From assembly GCA_965231125.1 (NCBI GenBank), contig OZ246414.1, positions 512,137 through 576,136 of the forward strand: a stretch of DNA of 64,000 bases. The letters run 5' to 3'. Shown here in pieces: positions 62,290-64,000 of this stretch. Numbering within the stretch: position 1 is the first letter of the stretch; every line of letters begins with the position of its first letter. The position numbers and the translations under genes were made by a program. Origin of the DNA: an uncultured Gammaproteobacteria bacterium (GTDB taxonomy: Bacteria > Patescibacteriota > Microgenomatia > Woykebacterales > RBG-16-39-9b). The notes beneath the pieces were generated by a model, which was not told the DNA's origin, ran no database searches, and worked only from the letters and a program-made list of their open reading frames with translations.

Positions 62290-62976
62290 TTGTTAAGTAG
62301 CATATCAGATGCGTCTTTAGCGGCGTTAAACGATTCTTTAGTAAATACCGCCAAGATTCTCCCAAATTTAATTGCGGCAATAGTAATATTTATAATCGGT
62401 GTGGTTATTGCAGTTGTCGTCCGAAATGCTTTGGTCAGAATTCTGCAATTAATTGGCTTTGAGGATCTGCTTTCTCGGACTGTTATTCCAGAGGCTCTTA
62501 AGAGTGTTGGTCAAGGTGTAACGACCAGCAGTTTAATTGGGGAACTGGTTCGTTGGTTTATCATTTTGGTCTTTCTAATTCCAGCAGTCGACCGTCTCGG
62601 CCTCGGGGCAGTTAATCAAGTGCTAACCCAAATTCTTCTCTACATACCAAACGTAGTGGTGGCCGTAATCATAATTGCGGTTGGAGCGGTCTTTGCGAAA
62701 ATAGCTCGTGATTTAGTGACCGCAACTGCGGCTGGTTTAGGAACCCAAGCAGCCGGGGTAGTTGGCCAAATAGCCCGCTGGGCCATTATAATTTTTTCGG
62801 CTCTTGCTGCCTTGAATCAACTTGGTGTTGCCACCGATCTCATAAAAATACTCTTTACGGGCTTGGTGGCTATGCTGGCGATTGCTGGGGGGCTCGCTTT
62901 TGGTCTTGGCGGCAAAGAGACAGCTGAAGAGTTCCTTAGAAAATTAAGAGATGACCTTTTTCAGGAACACGGTTAA
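62290..62976 (+). CDS. Membrane protein with repeated 'conserved TM helix' motifs, paralog B
   Basis: LIGELVRWFIILVFLIPAVDRL and VAVIIIAVGAVFAKIARDLV. TTG start 8 nt after AAGGAGG; ORF-track start is 62218. Confidence 0.5.
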   Translation: MLSSISDASLAALNDSLVNTAKILPNLIAAIVIFIIGVVIAVVVRNALVRILQLIGFEDLLSRTVIPEALKSVGQGVTTSSLIGELVRWFIILVFLIPAVDRLGLGAVNQVLTQILLYIPNVVVAVIIIAVGAVFAKIARDLVTATAAGLGTQAAGVVGQIARWAIIIFSALAALNQLGVATDLIKILFTGLVAMLAIAGGLAFGLGGKETAEEFLRKLRDDLFQEHG

Positions 62977-63025
62977 AGCGCCTTGTAAATACCCATAAAG
63001 ATTGGTAGAATTTCCTTTGTCTGCC

Positions 63026-64000
63026 ATGAAATTTATTCTCAATCTTACCCAGGTAGATAAAGAAGATATTGATGTTGCGGGAGCCAAAGCCGTCTCTTTA
63101 GGGGAGTCGCTTAAAATTGGTTTGAAAATACCCCAAGGCTTTGTCATCACTTCCGAAGCATTTAGGAATTTTATTTCACAGAATAATCTTGCCGAAAGTG
63201 TCAAGGCTCTTGCCGCGGAGCTTGCTACAGGGAGCGCAAGTATGCGGCAAGAAGTTTTTGAAAATCTAAGAAAAATAATTCTCTCCCAAGACTTCAGTAC
63301 CGAGCTTGCCACCGAAATAAAAAAATCCGTGGAAAAAATTTCAGCTAAAGACACTCTGCTTTTAGTAAGCTCTTCCCCAAACAAAAGAACCTCATCAGAA
63401 AGTTTTGGTGATACTGTAGTTGTAAATAACGAAAAAGAAATTGCCTCGGCGATTAAGAAGTATTGGGTAGATTATTTTAAGGAGCCCGCGGATCCATTAG
63501 GTTTAGGCGGTGGGGTTTTGATTCAGGAGGTAATCGAGCCAGATCTCTCCGGAGTAATTTTCACTGAAGATCCAGAGGTAAAGCTGCCCGGGAGAATTAT
63601 TATCAAAGCTCTCTGGGGGGAAATGAATAAAAAATTACTTGACGGCTCGGCCGATTACTACGAAATAACCAAACAAAATTTTGTGATTGTAGAAAACAAA
63701 ATCACAGATCAGAAGGAGCAAATTGTGTCGGTAAAAGGTGCTGAGAAAAAAATACCTTTAGCTAAAGCGTACGAAGGCCGGCAAAAACTTTCCGACGAGG
63801 AAGTATTGGAACTAGCAAAAATCGGCAAAAGAATTGAAGATGCTTATTTATATCCCCAAAAAATTAAATGGGTTAAATCTGACGGAAAGTTTTTTATCCT
63901 CGGAAATGAAACGCTAGATACAACCAAAACCGAACTTAATTCGCCGTCCGAACATTTCAAAATTAAATTACCCGTACTGGCACGGGGAACACCTGTCTTT
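63026..64000 (+). CDS. PEP-utilizing enzyme (pyruvate,water dikinase/PPDK-type) N-terminal ATP-grasp domain; 3' end beyond window
   Basis: Frame open from ATG 63026 to window end (325 codons). DIDVAGAKAVSLGESLKIGLKIPQGFVITSEAFRNF matches the PPDK_N/PpsA nucleotide-binding domain. Absent from the ORF track because no stop is reached. Confidence 0.6.
   Translation, partial: MKFILNLTQVDKEDIDVAGAKAVSLGESLKIGLKIPQGFVITSEAFRNFISQNNLAESVKALAAELATGSASMRQEVFENLRKIILSQDFSTELATEIKKSVEKISAKDTLLLVSSSPNKRTSSESFGDTVVVNNEKEIASAIKKYWVDYFKEPADPLGLGGGVLIQEVIEPDLSGVIFTEDPEVKLPGRIIIKALWGEMNKKLLDGSADYYEITKQNFVIVENKITDQKEQIVSVKGAEKKIPLAKAYEGRQKLSDEEVLELAKIGKRIEDAYLYPQKIKWVKSDGKFFILGNETLDTTKTELNSPSEHFKIKLPVLARGTPVF

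Noticed and set aside
62944-63384. Minus-strand 146-aa ORF
   Set aside because: Antisense to the well-supported PEP-utilizing-enzyme gene starting at 63026.

Overview
The window looks like a compact, low-GC genome (about 40-45% GC) with tightly packed, often 1-4 nt overlapping genes. The gene content fits a reduced monoderm bacterium, possibly CPR/Patescibacteria-like; that placement is inference. Evidence for the lineage is an LPxTG-type sortase signal, many membrane-anchored proteins with Pro/Thr/Gln/Asn-rich stalks, and no cofactor biosynthesis genes. Recognisable housekeeping genes are gatA (3' part), gatB, Klenow-type polA, rplS, rnhB, yraN, cdd, a full F0F1 ATP synthase operon (atpBEFHAGDC, minus strand), gpmI, rsmI, dedA, mntH, lexA, uvrB, uvrA, a short uvrC, secG, an oligopeptide-type SBP, H+-PPase, and tRNA-Glu, tRNA-Arg and tRNA-Lys. 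Accessory content is: (1) a five-gene minus-strand operon (22.8-27.0 kb). It encodes a sortase-anchored prenyltransferase/terpene-cyclase-like alpha/alpha-barrel protein, a DUF4430-like beta-domain protein, a small polytopic membrane protein, a BtuF/class-8 PBP-fold protein and a PP-loop ATPase. Its 5' leader has a promoter, a core resembling the 5' half of a cobalamin riboswitch, and an intrinsic terminator. I read this as a split transcobalamin-like vitamin B12 capture and import system; it is the most interesting candidate here. (2) A tRNA-Arg/tRNA-Lys locus has three tandem excisionase-family HTH genes upstream. A 17-nt exact direct repeat of the tRNA-Lys 3' end lies 430 bp downstream, giving an att-like scar. 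Nearby are a small Zn-ribbon gene, a cytidylate-kinase-like gene with a lysine-less Walker A, and a synonymous-diverged duplicate of the hppA 3' coding end. (3) A ~1.9 kb high-GC (~57%) insertion between uvrB and uvrA carries a LemA-family gene, frame-disrupted lipoprotein fragments and a 650-nt ORF-free structured stretch. (4) Smaller oddities are a HEPN-like ORF translationally coupled between gatA and gatB, a beta-carbonic-anhydrase-like mini-protein in front of the atp operon, a CheY-like receiver plus a Cys-less transglutaminase-like protein wedged between uvrA and uvrC, a GC-rich DinB-like gene and a low-GC class-A beta-lactamase-like gene. No CRISPR array or rRNA was seen. All assignments are from reading the translations and sequence; no database search was possible.
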